NCBI GenBank assembly: GCA_013265495.1
Contig: MU058017.1
Location: 505,919 to 569,918 of the forward strand
Source of the DNA: Vicugna vicugna
Lineage: Eukaryota
Reading direction: 5' to 3'
DNA length: 64,000 nucleotides
The notes under the pieces were generated by a model that saw nothing but the letters and a program-made list of their open reading frames with translations, was not told the DNA's origin and did not search any database. A program made the translations under genes and the position numbers. Position 1 is the first letter of the stretch. Every line of letters starts with the position of its first letter. Shown in pieces: positions 22,561 through 34,960 of the stretch.

Positions 22561-25500
22561 AAAGTGTAATTCTGTAATTCCTCCTCATCTGCCACTCTTT
22601 TCTTCTCCCAACATGGGTTCTTCTACATCCTTTTCCCAGAGTCTGAGAGGTGAGTTTTGTTGGGCCCTATCCTGTGCCCAGTCCCTCTACAAGGCCACCA
22701 ATCTCACTAATTGATAAGAGTGTAACTCGTTCTGAGAGCAGCCCTATAAGGAGGAAGCATTTCTTTCCAGTACTTGAACAATGCATAGTGATTAAACCAT
22801 TTTCCAGGCACTGATTGGCTAGCTGGGGAAGGGAAATCCTGCCCCTCTCCTGCAATGGCCAGGCTGGCCCCTGGGCCGTTGTGTCTGGGCTGAGCAGACT
22901 GATTACATAAACTTGCATTCTGTCGGGGGATCTGCCACTCCTTAGCACAAGGGGCATTCAGTAATTACAGGATGGTCCCCCTAAAGCACATTTCCTTCCT
23001 CATTGGCAGTCTGAGAAAGCCTGGAATAGGGCCATGGTTGATAGGTTGACCTAAAAAAATTAGTAGTAATTTCCCATTGTTCTCCCTAGTCCTCTCATTA
23101 TCCTTGGTAAAATCAGTGGCTCTGGCAACATTTATATTCTTCAAAAGTTTTGTAATAAGGTATTATTCTTATAATCAGAAAAAAAGCTTTATATAAAAAT
23201 TATTCTATATATGTTTATCATTATGAGGGATGTTCTCCTTCTTAGAGTGATCTCTACCCATTGACCCCCTCCCTGCTGCCCTGGAAGAACTATCAAGTGT
23301 TTAAATGTTTCTTGTATTATGGGCCCTTTGGGGATCTATTGCAGTTTTTAGTTGACTCCTCTTTCTGTAAAACAGTACTTTTCTGAGGCCTCAAAACTGA
23401 CTAATACTAGTTTATTCAGGCAAGAACACCATTATAAGGCAAAGAACAGAAAAGGAATAGCTATTTTTTTCAAAAGAGTAGGGGGTAAAAACAGCCAATT
23501 CACTAATGGTAAAGGATAGTAGTTTGTTCTTGAGGAATTGCTTTGAATGGCTGCATTGAGGTAGGTTTTTATCTTCATTTAATTGTTATGAGAAATAATT
23601 GGAGGCCAACTGGAAGATTTTCCTCTAAAATGGCAAATTTATTTATGATGCTTCCTTTGTTTACAGTTATTAATCCTGAACTGGAAGCAGAATTTAGAGA
23701 CCAACAGGGTTAAACCCTGACACTTTTCCCGCTGAGCTCCAAAAATACACCGGGCAATTTGGAGATGATCTGTCTTTCTTTGTTAAGTCATGATGTTGCT
23801 TAAGAAATAGAAACTGTAGATTAGGGTATACCATCTAGGAAGATTTTCTAGGGTTCTGCCAAGGCAGAAGTCTCTGGACTAAGCTGGTGGTGCTTGTCTT
23901 TTTGATGGCTAGATCTTGGCCCCTAGATTGCCTTTTCTGGAGATCTTGGGTCACTGTCAGGATTGTCAAGGCTGCCACCTACTTGTAAGCTTTGATGTGC
24001 ATGGTTGTGATTCTCCTTCTATGGATCATTTTCACTCACTTCTCATGCTTTTCTCTCCAGCCACCTCTTGAGGCCAGCCAGGTACCTCCTGCTCTGCACA
24101 TGTTGATATCCTGTCCAGACTCATTCATCATGCCTGGAACTTGTGCTTTGCTTATAGAATCCTGCTTTAGAATAGAATGGGCTTGGGACTGCAGCTTCAG
24201 TGCTTCCTGAGTAGTCTCCTGACGATGAGGGCTTGTAGCTCTCCTTGGTCTTGCTTCCTCGCATCTCCTGTCCACAGCACCATCCCTAGATCAGTCTACC
24301 CCATGCCTGCCCATTTGTGTGGGGTCTGGCCTCTCACATTCATTATCTCTTGTTAACCTCACAGTGGCTGTTAGGGGACCTAACTGAGGGAGACAGGAGG
24401 AGATGAAAAGGGAGGCAGATTGCCACCCTCATCTGAGGTGATTATGGAAGGTTACAGAAAAGGTAAGGCTTGAGCTTCCAGTGTGGGTCACTTGATGAGA
24501 GAAGAGAATTCTACCCAGGTAGAGCAGTGGGGAGAGGGAAGGGGATAGCCCTGTGTATATGTAGGGGCTTCCCAAGTGTTTTGGCTACAGTGGCAGACTT
24601 GTGGGGCAGAGCGCAGGAAGGTCTCGTCAGGTACCCAGCCTATGTCCGTGGGCAGTGGGCAATTTATTATACCTCCTCCGTGCACCAAGGTAGCTTCTCA
24701 GTATGTTGCCATGGAAAGGGAATGGGGCAATGCAATTAGACCTATGTTCATGTCTCTTTTTTATCACATACTAACAGAGCTACCGGGAACAATTTTCCCT
24801 ACTTCTCAGAATTTAAAGTTTTTTATCTCTAAAATTGTGATGATACCCACTTCATAGAGTTGTTTAAAATGAAGTAACAGTGTATGAAAGATTAGATTTC
24901 TGTTATCTCACTACCCAGAAGCCTCTCTGAGGACAGAGTGCCCCCTAGCATTGTATTCAAGGCCCTTCACAGACTGACAGGACTGTGCCCTTTGAACCTT
25001 ACCCCTGCCCCAACATCTCAACATCACCCACACTGCATTGCTCACTGTTCTTTGATCATTGGTTTTCTGCTCTCCCCGCTGCCCCCACATCTCTGCTCTG
25101 GACATTTCCTGGAATGCCTTTTGTCTTTTCTCTATCCCAGCCTTCCTCATCTTCTAACCTCCCAACCCCCCACCCACCTCGCTCAAGTGTTATCTGAGAC
25201 CTGACCCCTGAACCCTGCCCAAAGTAACCTGCTCCTCCTCCAAACTCCTAAAGTGCTTACTGTCTATAGAATTCCTTCTCTGTGCTGTGCTCTTAATTAC
25301 CTTTTAAGTTGGTCCTCAACTGCCACCTTAGATTCTAAATCTTGCACCTGCATAGCTGCCCTGCATAGCAAATAAGTAATATTAGCTGCTTCATAAAGAC
25401 TTGTGGATTCATTGTTGTAGATGATTTGCTGAGGAATGAAGAAAGCTTGTATCCTAATAGAAGACATTTGTGCCTGTGGTGGTTATGAGCTAATTCAAAG

Positions 25501-25974
25501 GGAATTGAAAATCCTCAGAGAGGATGGTTTAGAAGGGTCTAAACAGTAAAGAGTTATCTCTTAAATTCTTGGGAATCCTGCTGAAGCCATTTTTCCCTCA
25601 TTAAAGCAAAGTTGGTTAGACTTCTGTTTATTTCTCTCAAAGAAATATGGAAAATGAAAATCTCACCTGAAAATACTAGTTTATAATCTGGTATCTTTGA
25701 AAGAGACAAAGGTACAAGTTATTAATACAAACATAAATGTTTAAATATACATGTGCTCTTGGGCTGATCTGTCAATTAATGGAAATGAGCCTTGTTCAGT
25801 GAAACTCTTCAGTGCAGGTTTTTAAAGTTGCTTTGAGGCTTATATTTAATTAGATTCAAGAGTCTCATCTCTGCACACCAGTTATAAGAGTTTTCAAATG
25901 AGCTGTCAAATTTTTGTCACAGCAAGTAATGTAGAAGAGGAACTGGCTTTTAGAATCAGGTGATCCCTCTCTAA

Positions 25975-26165
25975 TGCAGTGGTTCTCACCCAGGATGATT
26001 TTGCCCCCAAGAGAACGTTTGGCTATGTCTGGAGACATTTTTGCTAGTCATAGTTGGGGGATGACGCTACTTGGAAGCCAAAAATGCACCTAAATGTCCT
26101 GTAATGCACAGGACATTCTCCCATAACAATCATCTGACCCAAACTATTAATAGTCCTGAGGTTGT
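25975..26165. mobile_element. MER20 DNA transposon
   Basis: cagtggttctca...gattttgccccc...tgtctggagacatttttg...ctaaatgtcctgtaatgcacaggaca. Confidence 0.8.
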
Positions 26166-29100
26166 CTTCTCATGAAGAAAGAACTGATATCGTAAGGATT
26201 AAAGACATCAATTCATAAAATCTTAGAGATGAAAACAAATCTTTAGAGACCATCTAGTAGTTAGGATGCCTACAAGTAGGAAAATGAGAAAGGATAAATT
26301 TAATTTGTGAAAAGAAACTCATGCAGGTAATTGGTTTATTTATGCCACAACCTAATTTCTCAAAAGAATGTTAAACAATTAAGGGAGGGTGGCAAGACTT
26401 GGAGAGAATTTAAAAAATCATTGGAAGTTAGAGCTAGACATCATCTTAGACATGGCCAAGTCCAGTTCTCTCTGTTTCACAGATTAAATTACTTCTCCAG
26501 GGCCCCATAGCTGACTAGATCTGTTTGTCTGCTTCAAATGCTCCCTTCCCCTCATCATTCCACTTACCTAAATCTACCCTTATCCAGTTTCACACTTCAG
26601 TTGCTCTGTGAAACTTTGTCAATATACTGTAGTTCCCCTTAATCTCTAGTTTATTTTCTAGTAGGAAATTTAGTTGCCACTTGATTAAATAGTCTGATAT
26701 TCTTGTTTCTTGTCTCCTTTCCTTGCCCAAATTAATAAACTCTTGAAGGACAGTGGATCTTTTGTCTTCTTAATATACTCCCAGTTCAGTCTGTCATGAT
26801 CAGTGGGTTGATCAGTTGTGTCCATGTGGTGCTTTGAAGAGAAGACACTGCATGCTGAGACACTGTGCATATCACTGAGGTTCGAGTGCCCGTCAGTTAG
26901 TAAACCCTCTCCACCCTTCCAGAGGCGCAGAGAGTGGCAGAGAGTGGCAGAGAGCCTTTGTAGGTCTGCAGGGCCTATATACACTGTTGGTTATCCAAAA
27001 GTGACTAGCCTTTGAAAAACAAAACAAAACCTAACTGGCAAAAAAAAGTTCTCTGTTAGGTAACCTTACAAAAATATGTAAAACCATTTGGCTAGGCGGG
27101 AAAAAGGAAGTCACTAAAATAAGAAAATGAATTTTAGGCTTTCAAAAAATTCTCTCAAATAATCAGATAAATTTTATTTCTCTTGACCAATAATTTTGAA
27201 AAAAGAAAGTGAAATTTTAAAATGAGGCCCCAAGAGGATTATCTCTAGGTTTGCTGACTGCAGTGCTGAAGGTTAGCCCAGAGTACATTTTGATGGCATC
27301 ATTTTAAGTGTAAAACCTGGTGTCCTAATGGCATATTGACAGAGTTGTGTGTGCTGCCATGTAAACGGTGTTAATTCACTATCAGATTATAAAGTACTTA
27401 GAGGAGTGTTGGCCATTTAACTTGCTGAACTCCTTAAGGATTGCTTACCCTACAGCGTTGCCTTTTGCGGGGTGCCTGCTCTGATATATTTGACCACACA
27501 GTGGAAGGGCCCATCAGTTGGAAAGGAAAGGACTTGGAGTTTAAACTAAAGGAAGGTGAATTTTAAGGGGGTTTAAGGTTTGGGGATTTTATTGAACCAC
27601 TTATCTTTCCTTAATCCTTCTTGTGTTTACTTCACCGTGGCCTAAAGTGAATGGGGTCCTTTGTTTTGGCTCATCAAAACTGCTCTCTTTAATGTGTGTT
27701 CTGGATCATTCCCAAGAAATGCTGTAGGGTTATGTTGAGGGCCTGAGATCTGAGAGAGAAATGGAGCTTGTCAGTGTCAGATAGCTTGCTACTGCTCAGT
27801 TAAAGATTCAGGCATCTATGTTTTGCTACAGGTAAAAAACTGGGAACCTTCCCACCATATAAAATGGTAGTTTTTTTATTGAGCTTTTCTTTTGAATAAA
27901 AGGATAACGCGGGGAATAAGCCTTTTGTTTGTCATGACAGCCACTAGAGGGTAGAACAGTTACACTTCCTGAGACAGGTGTAATTCATTCTAATAGAACA
28001 GGACTAGGGTTGGGAGACATTTGCTAGTGTTTATCAATGTAGAAATTTCTAAAACAATGGGATTCCTTCTATAGATACATACTAATCAGTGGAGGACCTT
28101 GTTAAAAATGTAGCTTCTGGGCCCTATTCTCCAAGATTGTGATTTGATAGCTCTAGATGGGACTTCAGGGGATTCTCATACATTTGTCTTGGATTTTGCT
28201 TTGAGAAGTACTGATCTTAATGTTTTAGGCATGCATTATTACCTGATTATCTTTTCTTTTAGGATCACAAAGCAAAATGATTATTTTGGAGGGAAAAACA
28301 ATAACAGAAACCAAAATGCAGGGAAATGAGTGTTATTAAAGCTTTCTCTGCCTTAATCTAACACATTTCAAAGGAGACTCATTTTGTAAAGATTCAGAAT
28401 CAAAGAAGTTATTAAAAATATGTTTTTATGTGGAGTTATATTTCAGTCAATAAAGATCTCTAGAATCCTTAGGCTACAAGCCTAAGAATTTTAAATTAAA
28501 TTCCCTTCTTATGACCATCTCACAGTGCAACCTAATTGTATCCTTTGGGTGTCATGAAGTCCCCACATCTAATGTCTTGGCATTGTGAAATGTGGTTGTG
28601 GAGACCTTCTAAGTAGAGCTTATATATAACATCATGTCATTATCTTGAACATCATAACTTTCCTTTATATGTAAAGATCCAACTGTAGTAATGTGCATTG
28701 TCCTTCTGGTAAGGATGGTGATTTTGTTTTTACCGGTGCCCCCAGAGAACAATGGCATCCTTGGGAAAGCTTTGCCACTGCTCTTAAAAGGGAAGAAGTG
28801 TGTGTGATAAAATCATTCAAATCTGTGATAGGATGCTGCAGCTCAAAAAGTTAGAGAGATAGGGAGACCAAATAAAATGAAACTTGGTTCTGAAGCTGAG
28901 ACTTCGGATGAAATAAAATGAAAGGAAGATATTTTTCCAGAGGTTTATAGAAACAGTCTTGTCTTCTGTGAACCTCTTATGGGCCTTCTTTTTTTTGTGA
29001 CTACAACCTTCCACTTTCATATATCTCATATGAAGATTTTCTAGTGTCACTTACTCTGTCCTTCCTAGTTTTCAAGGTTCTTCTGTGACTTTATGTAAGT

Positions 29101-31228
29101 GAATGAAAAAGAAAGTTCTGTAACACACACATACACACCTAGAGTTATGAAAAATTATTTTTGAAATTAAAGGTCAAAAATCTACAATATGTCATTCTCT
29201 GTGTGATTTTATAGAAAAGGGAAGATATTTTTCAGAGATGAAGCTTTCTTTACCATTAATTAGCTAACAGTAAGCACTTCAGTTAAGTAGCACTTTTAAT
29301 AATCTATGTTATTAATATGACAATGTTCTGAATTTTGATTCAGATGTGAATTATTACACCAAAGTAATCCTAGGAGAGGAACCTCTAAAAGAGGTTTAGT
29401 TCCTTGAAAATCCAATAAACTTACTGGGAAGCCTATTTATAGTTAATATCTAGAGTAGATGATGAAGTGAGAATTTGTGCATTATAATCATGGAGCACAG
29501 GACTTAACGGTCTTAACTTTATGGTAGAGAATTGCTGTGGCTCACATAAAATAACAAATTGAATCCTTACAGAACAGACTAATGAAGAGCCCAGAGCTTC
29601 TCCAGTTGTATTAGTTACAGGGTTGGCCAAGAATGACTTTTTACCTTAGCACTTGGGGCAGCCAGGAGGAACCTGGGGGTGACAGGAATCCCTCGGCTGG
29701 TCATCTCCGCCTCTTGTATCCAGTATGTTTTCTGTTTGTGTCATTATGTGAGAAAAGTTGGGAAGTGCTAAAAGGACTTTTTTCTTTAATCTTTTCCAGT
29801 TTCTGTTCATTTGTTTATGATCAATTGATCACTACTCTCCAAAACATTACAGATACTCTCTTGATTATTATCTAGAAAGACATCTCATGCAGCAACATTA
29901 TCAATGTCTACTTTTAAAGACGTAAAATGATGTATGTGATTTCTTCTACAGTTCTAGCCCATGGTGTCTTAAAAATAGCTTTGGAAAACATTTAGACCAT
30001 CATGTATTTTGTAATACAGTTGGGTTACTGCCGATTCCCAAGATAAATGTGTTTAAACAGAAGCTTTCTCATTCAGCACTAGCCTCAGCTTTCATCCAAA
30101 TTTATTTAATGATGATGCAAACCCACAGTGTTGGTGTTGTAGTTCATCACCATGGAAGTGTTTCTGTCAACAAATCCTTGCTTTGCTATCATGAAACTGA
30201 TTTTGCAGGGAAAGGAGGATAACTGTGAAAGATTCCTTTTACTTCTAAACATCTTCACAGTTTGCCTGGGTGTCTAAATGAATTGTGTTTAAAATCAATA
30301 ACTGGCAATAAAATTGACTACACTAAGTTAACAGTTATGAGGTTGGAAAAAGGAAAATGGCAATGAGCTACTTTGTCTGAAATCATCTTTTAGGAATGTG
30401 ACTTGGGAACCAAATTTGTAATTTAAAATGTTCCTCTGAAAGCTGTTGTTCTTTGCTGCAGAAGTACTGATTATGTTCAGAGAGTCCCATTAGCCAGGTA
30501 TCAGAATTCTTTGGATACCTTTTTTTTGGTGGTGGTGGGGGTGGCTGAGTTTTTCTCACCTACTTTGAAAATGGCATAACAATAATCACAGAAGAAACTT
30601 CCTTAAACTAACATACTGTATTTTTTTAATATGCCTTTTCTATAACTTAGGTTTATAAATATTTTTGTTTTTTATTAGCTTGTTGAGAGGATGAAAAAAA
30701 ATATATATATGATTTAAGTTTAAGCTTCTGAATGCAGCCCACTAACAAGCTAAGTAGGAGGCACCTACCTTAAGTAATCCAAACTATTTTGGGAACCAAA
30801 TAGGAAAAAGGAACAAGAATGACACTTTTGCTTTGAAGCAGCATGTTCAGGAGCATATGTCACAGTGGCTGATTCCAGGTTTGGATATAGACATATATGT
30901 TTTAAGGAGATTTACATCTATTGTAGAAATACAGTCACCTCTTGATTGTCAAGGTAACTTGCATTTCCAAATGTGCTTTTTCTGGCTTCCTATCACATTT
31001 CAAAGCTTTTTACTTTGACTATCAGCTCATATGTGCTCACAAAAGCAACTTATTTAATATTATTTTATGCAGTTATTATCATATAAACATTTATTAAGTT
31101 CCCAAGTTCCTAACACGTGCTAAGTACTGTGCTGGGCACCAGAGATACTGAGATACATCTCAAGCATGAAGTTAAGTTTGTTCCTGAGAGATCTTATAGT
31201 TTGCTTTGAAATCAAAGAGACATAAAAT

Positions 31229-31238
31229 TTTATTTATT
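31229..31238 (-). terminator. FILIP1L: Polyadenylation signal (two overlapping AATAAA) for the FILIP1L read-through isoform
   Basis: + strand TTTATTTATT reads AATAAATAAA on the minus strand, ~530 nt after the TGA at 31771. It is followed by U/GU-rich sequence (ttttatgtctctttgattt). Confidence 0.7.
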
Positions 31239-31770
31239 TCAGCCACTTCCTTCTCCTCCTCTAATATGTGATCAGAAGTTGACTGTAAATGGGAAGTGGG
31301 TCCTGTTTGTTTTTAAGGAAGAATTAATAGACGTTATAAACAGAAAATAAAATTCTGTTATACATGCAAAAAAAAAAAAAGAACACAAAATGGCCAAAAG
31401 AAAATTCAGCAAGCAATGGTAAAAATAACAAATTATTTACTGCTTTATAATGTTAACGTATTTCACCAAGACAAGTTGCAGTCAAATTAATGTGAGTTAT
31501 GGAAAATGAAATACATAAAAATGTATTTATACAAGTGCAGACTAAATATTTTCCATACAGGTATGTAAATGAAAAGATATACAGTAAGTGCACACTTGAT
31601 ATGACTATGCAGGCAACACTTAGTTAGTTTCAGATACTCTTGGATAGTTCATGCACAGATCTTCCCAAAGTACAAGTTCAGTCAGTCTTTTGGGGGATGT
31701 GGAGGGATAATTAAAAAGGACTGAGTTCCTTGCAATACTATCAGTATAGACTGGATAAGGGTGAGGGTCG

Positions 31771-34567
31771 TCAGTTATATATATTACTTACTGTAATTTG
31801 TGATTGTCGAGGAAGAGGTGTGGCTGTTGGTGTGATAGTAATACTGCTGGTGACTTTATTGGCGGTTTTGTTTAGTGCCCCATTAGTTAAGCCTTGAGTT
31901 CGGTTATCCTGCGGTGGTGTTGAAGGGCTGGTAGGTCTCACGGGGCTGGCTACAGCTTGCATGTAAGGACTTCCTAAGTGAATGTGGATTTTATTATCCT
32001 CAGTAGTTATCACACTTGAACTGTTACTGTTTGAACGTTGAAACTGCCATGATGACTGCCGGTCAGGGGAGACTCTGAAAATCGCATGCTTGGCACTGAT
32101 TTCTGTCGGCTCTGGAGAGCGTCCCTGCTCAGGGGTGCTAGCTGAGCCAGTAACAGCCAAAACCTGAATAGGTGACATTGTCCTTTCTGGAGTTATGGAA
32201 CCACAAGACTCTGGGGTCTGCGCCCTGGCCAAGGTTGCCATGGTAATTGGGGATATGCCTTGCTCTAAATTCATAAGGCCTTCACCAGAGGTTTTGGATT
32301 TCACTGGTGTAATGGAGGCATTTTGGAGGATGGTTATCCTTTGCTTTGGGGTGCCACAGTTTGGTATCACTGCAGTGCTTGTGTAAGAGTGAGGACTCTC
32401 TGTGGTCGGACTTGTGATTTCAAGAGTGGCTGTGTTTTGGGCATGGTCTGGAGTGACCTTTATATGAAGTGGCTGCCCGGGAGTGTGGCTTAGGACTAGA
32501 TCTCCTGGTTGCACGAAGTTGCCATTGGACTTAGTTTGTATTTTTCCATTCTGAGGATGGCCTTCCTTGGACTTCATCCAGGGAATCCATAGCTTCCTGT
32601 TCACAGGACAGGGAGTAGACGAGTTGCATCTGAAGGAAAGCACAGGCTCTTCATCATTAGGGTCCTCATCCTGGTCTGCACTCTCCTCATATAACTGACC
32701 ATTGATGACTGCTCGTTCCAGAGGAATGAGACTCTTGTAATCTGGTGGCTCATTGTCTACGGCTTCTGTCTGAACTTCTTTAGAAAATACTTGAGGATCA
32801 GAGATTCTTCTTCCATTGAGACTAGGCCGGAGGCTCTTACTGAAATGACGGTACCTCTCTAACTCTTTAGTGAGGTTTTCAATCTCTCTTCCTAAATCTC
32901 TGTTCCTGTTCTCTTGTTGATTGAGTTTCTTTTGCAGAACTGAATGATCTCCCTGGAGGTGGCATATCAGGTCCTCAGTTGCCATGTATTCATGAATTTT
33001 CTCTTTCAGTGCGTCTACTTCTCTTGAGAGGTGCCCTGATTTAGCTTCTTCTTCTTGAAGCCTTTTGAAAAGCCACTGTTCATGACTGGACTCTGTCTTT
33101 TCTGCTAACTTGTACTTGGCAAGTTCCATTTTAACATGTTCCAGCTCTTCAGATAAAAATTGAGCTTTGTCTCGTTCATTAGCATACCTTCGTTCTAGAG
33201 TCTCATACTCATCTTCCGTTTTCATGAGGTCATCCTCAATAGCTTTCATATCCTTTAACTTCAGTTTCAGTCTTTCCACTTCTTGAGAGAGCTCTTTAAT
33301 TTTATTGTTCTCTTGGTGTAATGCTGTTGTGGACTTACCAGAATCTTGATTTAGTTTGTTTTTAAGGAAATCTTTCTCAATTGCTTCCAGTGATTGAAGC
33401 CTATTTTTCAACATGTTAACTTTGGACAGGAGATCATTTCCTTTCTCTTCTTCTGCTTTCAGTTTGTTTTTTAGGTCATCTCTCTCTTTGGTTACATTGT
33501 ACATTTTTTCTTCCACATCAGTTTTGGACTTAAGTGCCCTTTTAGTTTCCTCAATTAACTTTTCAGTAACTGTTGTCACTTTATTTTGTTCCACTTGAAG
33601 CTGAGAAGCAGCAGCTTGTAACTTATCTTCAGTTTGCTTTAATTTTTCACTCATTGTTTTCCGTTCATCTACCAGCATCACAGTTAATGTTTTCAGTTTA
33701 GTTAAGTCCTCTTTTAGGGTGAATTCTGTCTTTTCCAGCCGACTTTCAATGGTTTCTAGCTCTTTGATCCTTATCTTTAAACTCTCTAGTTCTTGAGACA
33801 ATTGCTTTGTGGTCATCCTTTCTTTTTCTAAACTGCATTTCAGAGAGTGACATTCTTGTTTGCTTTTATTGAAAGCATCTTCTAATTTTTCCAGAGCCAT
33901 AATCCTTTTACTGAGTTTTTCAACCTCAAGTTTAAAGTCTTTGCTCTGTGATGTTTCCTTTTCCAGCCTCTTATTGAGATCTCTGCACTGCTCCTCCATT
34001 TTTATGAGCTCTTCATCCTTCCCTTCCATTTCTAGCACACGTTTTCTGAGCTCCTCCACTTCAACCATGATACTGGAGTTTCCATATTCTCCCTTGTTGA
34101 TTTTTTCTTTTATATCTTGCAGTTCCTCTTCTGCTTTTCGTAAAGACCTGTTTGTCTCTTCTAACTCATCAATTTGCCGGCTAAGTGCTGCCAGCTTTTG
34201 TCGAAGCTGGCGGTTTTGACTGTCCTCGTTTGTGAGCTTCGCCATAATTGCTTCTTGGTTCTGGTGAAACTCTGTGGTCTGTGTTTGCAGTTCTTCCTCT
34301 AGTCTGGTTGCCTTCTGCTCTTCCTCCTGAACCCTGGCTTCAGCAAGGGCTAGTTTAGCATGTGTTTCCTTTGCACTTGTGGTTAGGTCTTGGATTTTCT
34401 GTCTTTGAAGGGTAAGCTGTGCCGTCAGCCTCTGTTGCTCGTCCACCACCATCAAAGCAAAAGACTTCAGTTTGGTCAGCTCCTCTTTCAGGGCGGTGAC
34501 CCTCTTCTCTTTTTCTTGCTCCTTCTTCTCCTGGGACTCAGTTTCTTGGTCAATCAACCTTTTTAAT
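31771..34567 (-). CDS. FILIP1L: FILIP1L (filamin A-interacting protein 1-like / DOC1) large coding exon: long coiled coil plus S/T/P-rich tail, read-through C-terminus VSNIYN*
   Basis: The 928-aa ORF is recognisable as FILIP1L ([35 protein letters not shown]). The acceptor ttgtatttttcAG|A is at 34568/34567 (phase 2; reads R-L-K-R-L-I-D-Q-E), so the TTG start in the ORF track is not the true start. The first ATG in the exon (34452, MVVDEQQR) gives 893 aa to the stop at 31771. Confidence 0.97.
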
Positions 34568-34699
34568 CTGAAAAATACAAGAGTGCAATCTGTTTTGTGA
34601 TTGTTGTTTTAGTAACTAACTTATCAGCTGTGACTAAACATTTATGTAATTTAGAAGGAGTAAAGGCAAGAATATTTGGTTTAAAATTCTTGTATAACA

Positions 34700-34960
34700 T
34701 ATAATCAGTAGACATTCTAGCCTGAAGGCTGTAAATACAGCCACAAGCTTGAGATTCAGTTGGACCTGGCTTCAAGACTGGCCCTACTCTTACCAGCTAA
34801 TTAACCTGGGCAGTTATTTAACATCTCTGGGATTCAGTTTATCTTTGTGAAAAGGAGGCAACAATTGTATTATCTCAGGGACCATTTGTGAAAATTAAAT
34901 GAGATAATTTGTTTAAGATTCTCACAGTTCTGGCACATAATAAGTATTTGATAAGTGTTC
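34700..34960 (+). mobile_element. MIR SINE just upstream of the FILIP1L large-exon acceptor
   Basis: ctgggcagttatttaacatctctgggattcagttt...aaattaaatgagataat...tggcacataataagtattt. Confidence 0.7.

Noticed and set aside
26928..26955. Short tandem repeat (CAGAGAGTGG) x ~2.7
   Set aside because: Simple slippage duplication with no spacer structure. Not CRISPR-like.
32195..34219. + strand ORFs (63, 61 and 119 aa) within FILIP1L
   Set aside because: Antisense shadow frames of E/K-rich coiled-coil codons, with S/L/F-rich translations.
34555..34557. TTG start of the 928-aa ORF
   Set aside because: A splice acceptor lies 10 nt upstream and the frame continues into it, so this is an internal exon.
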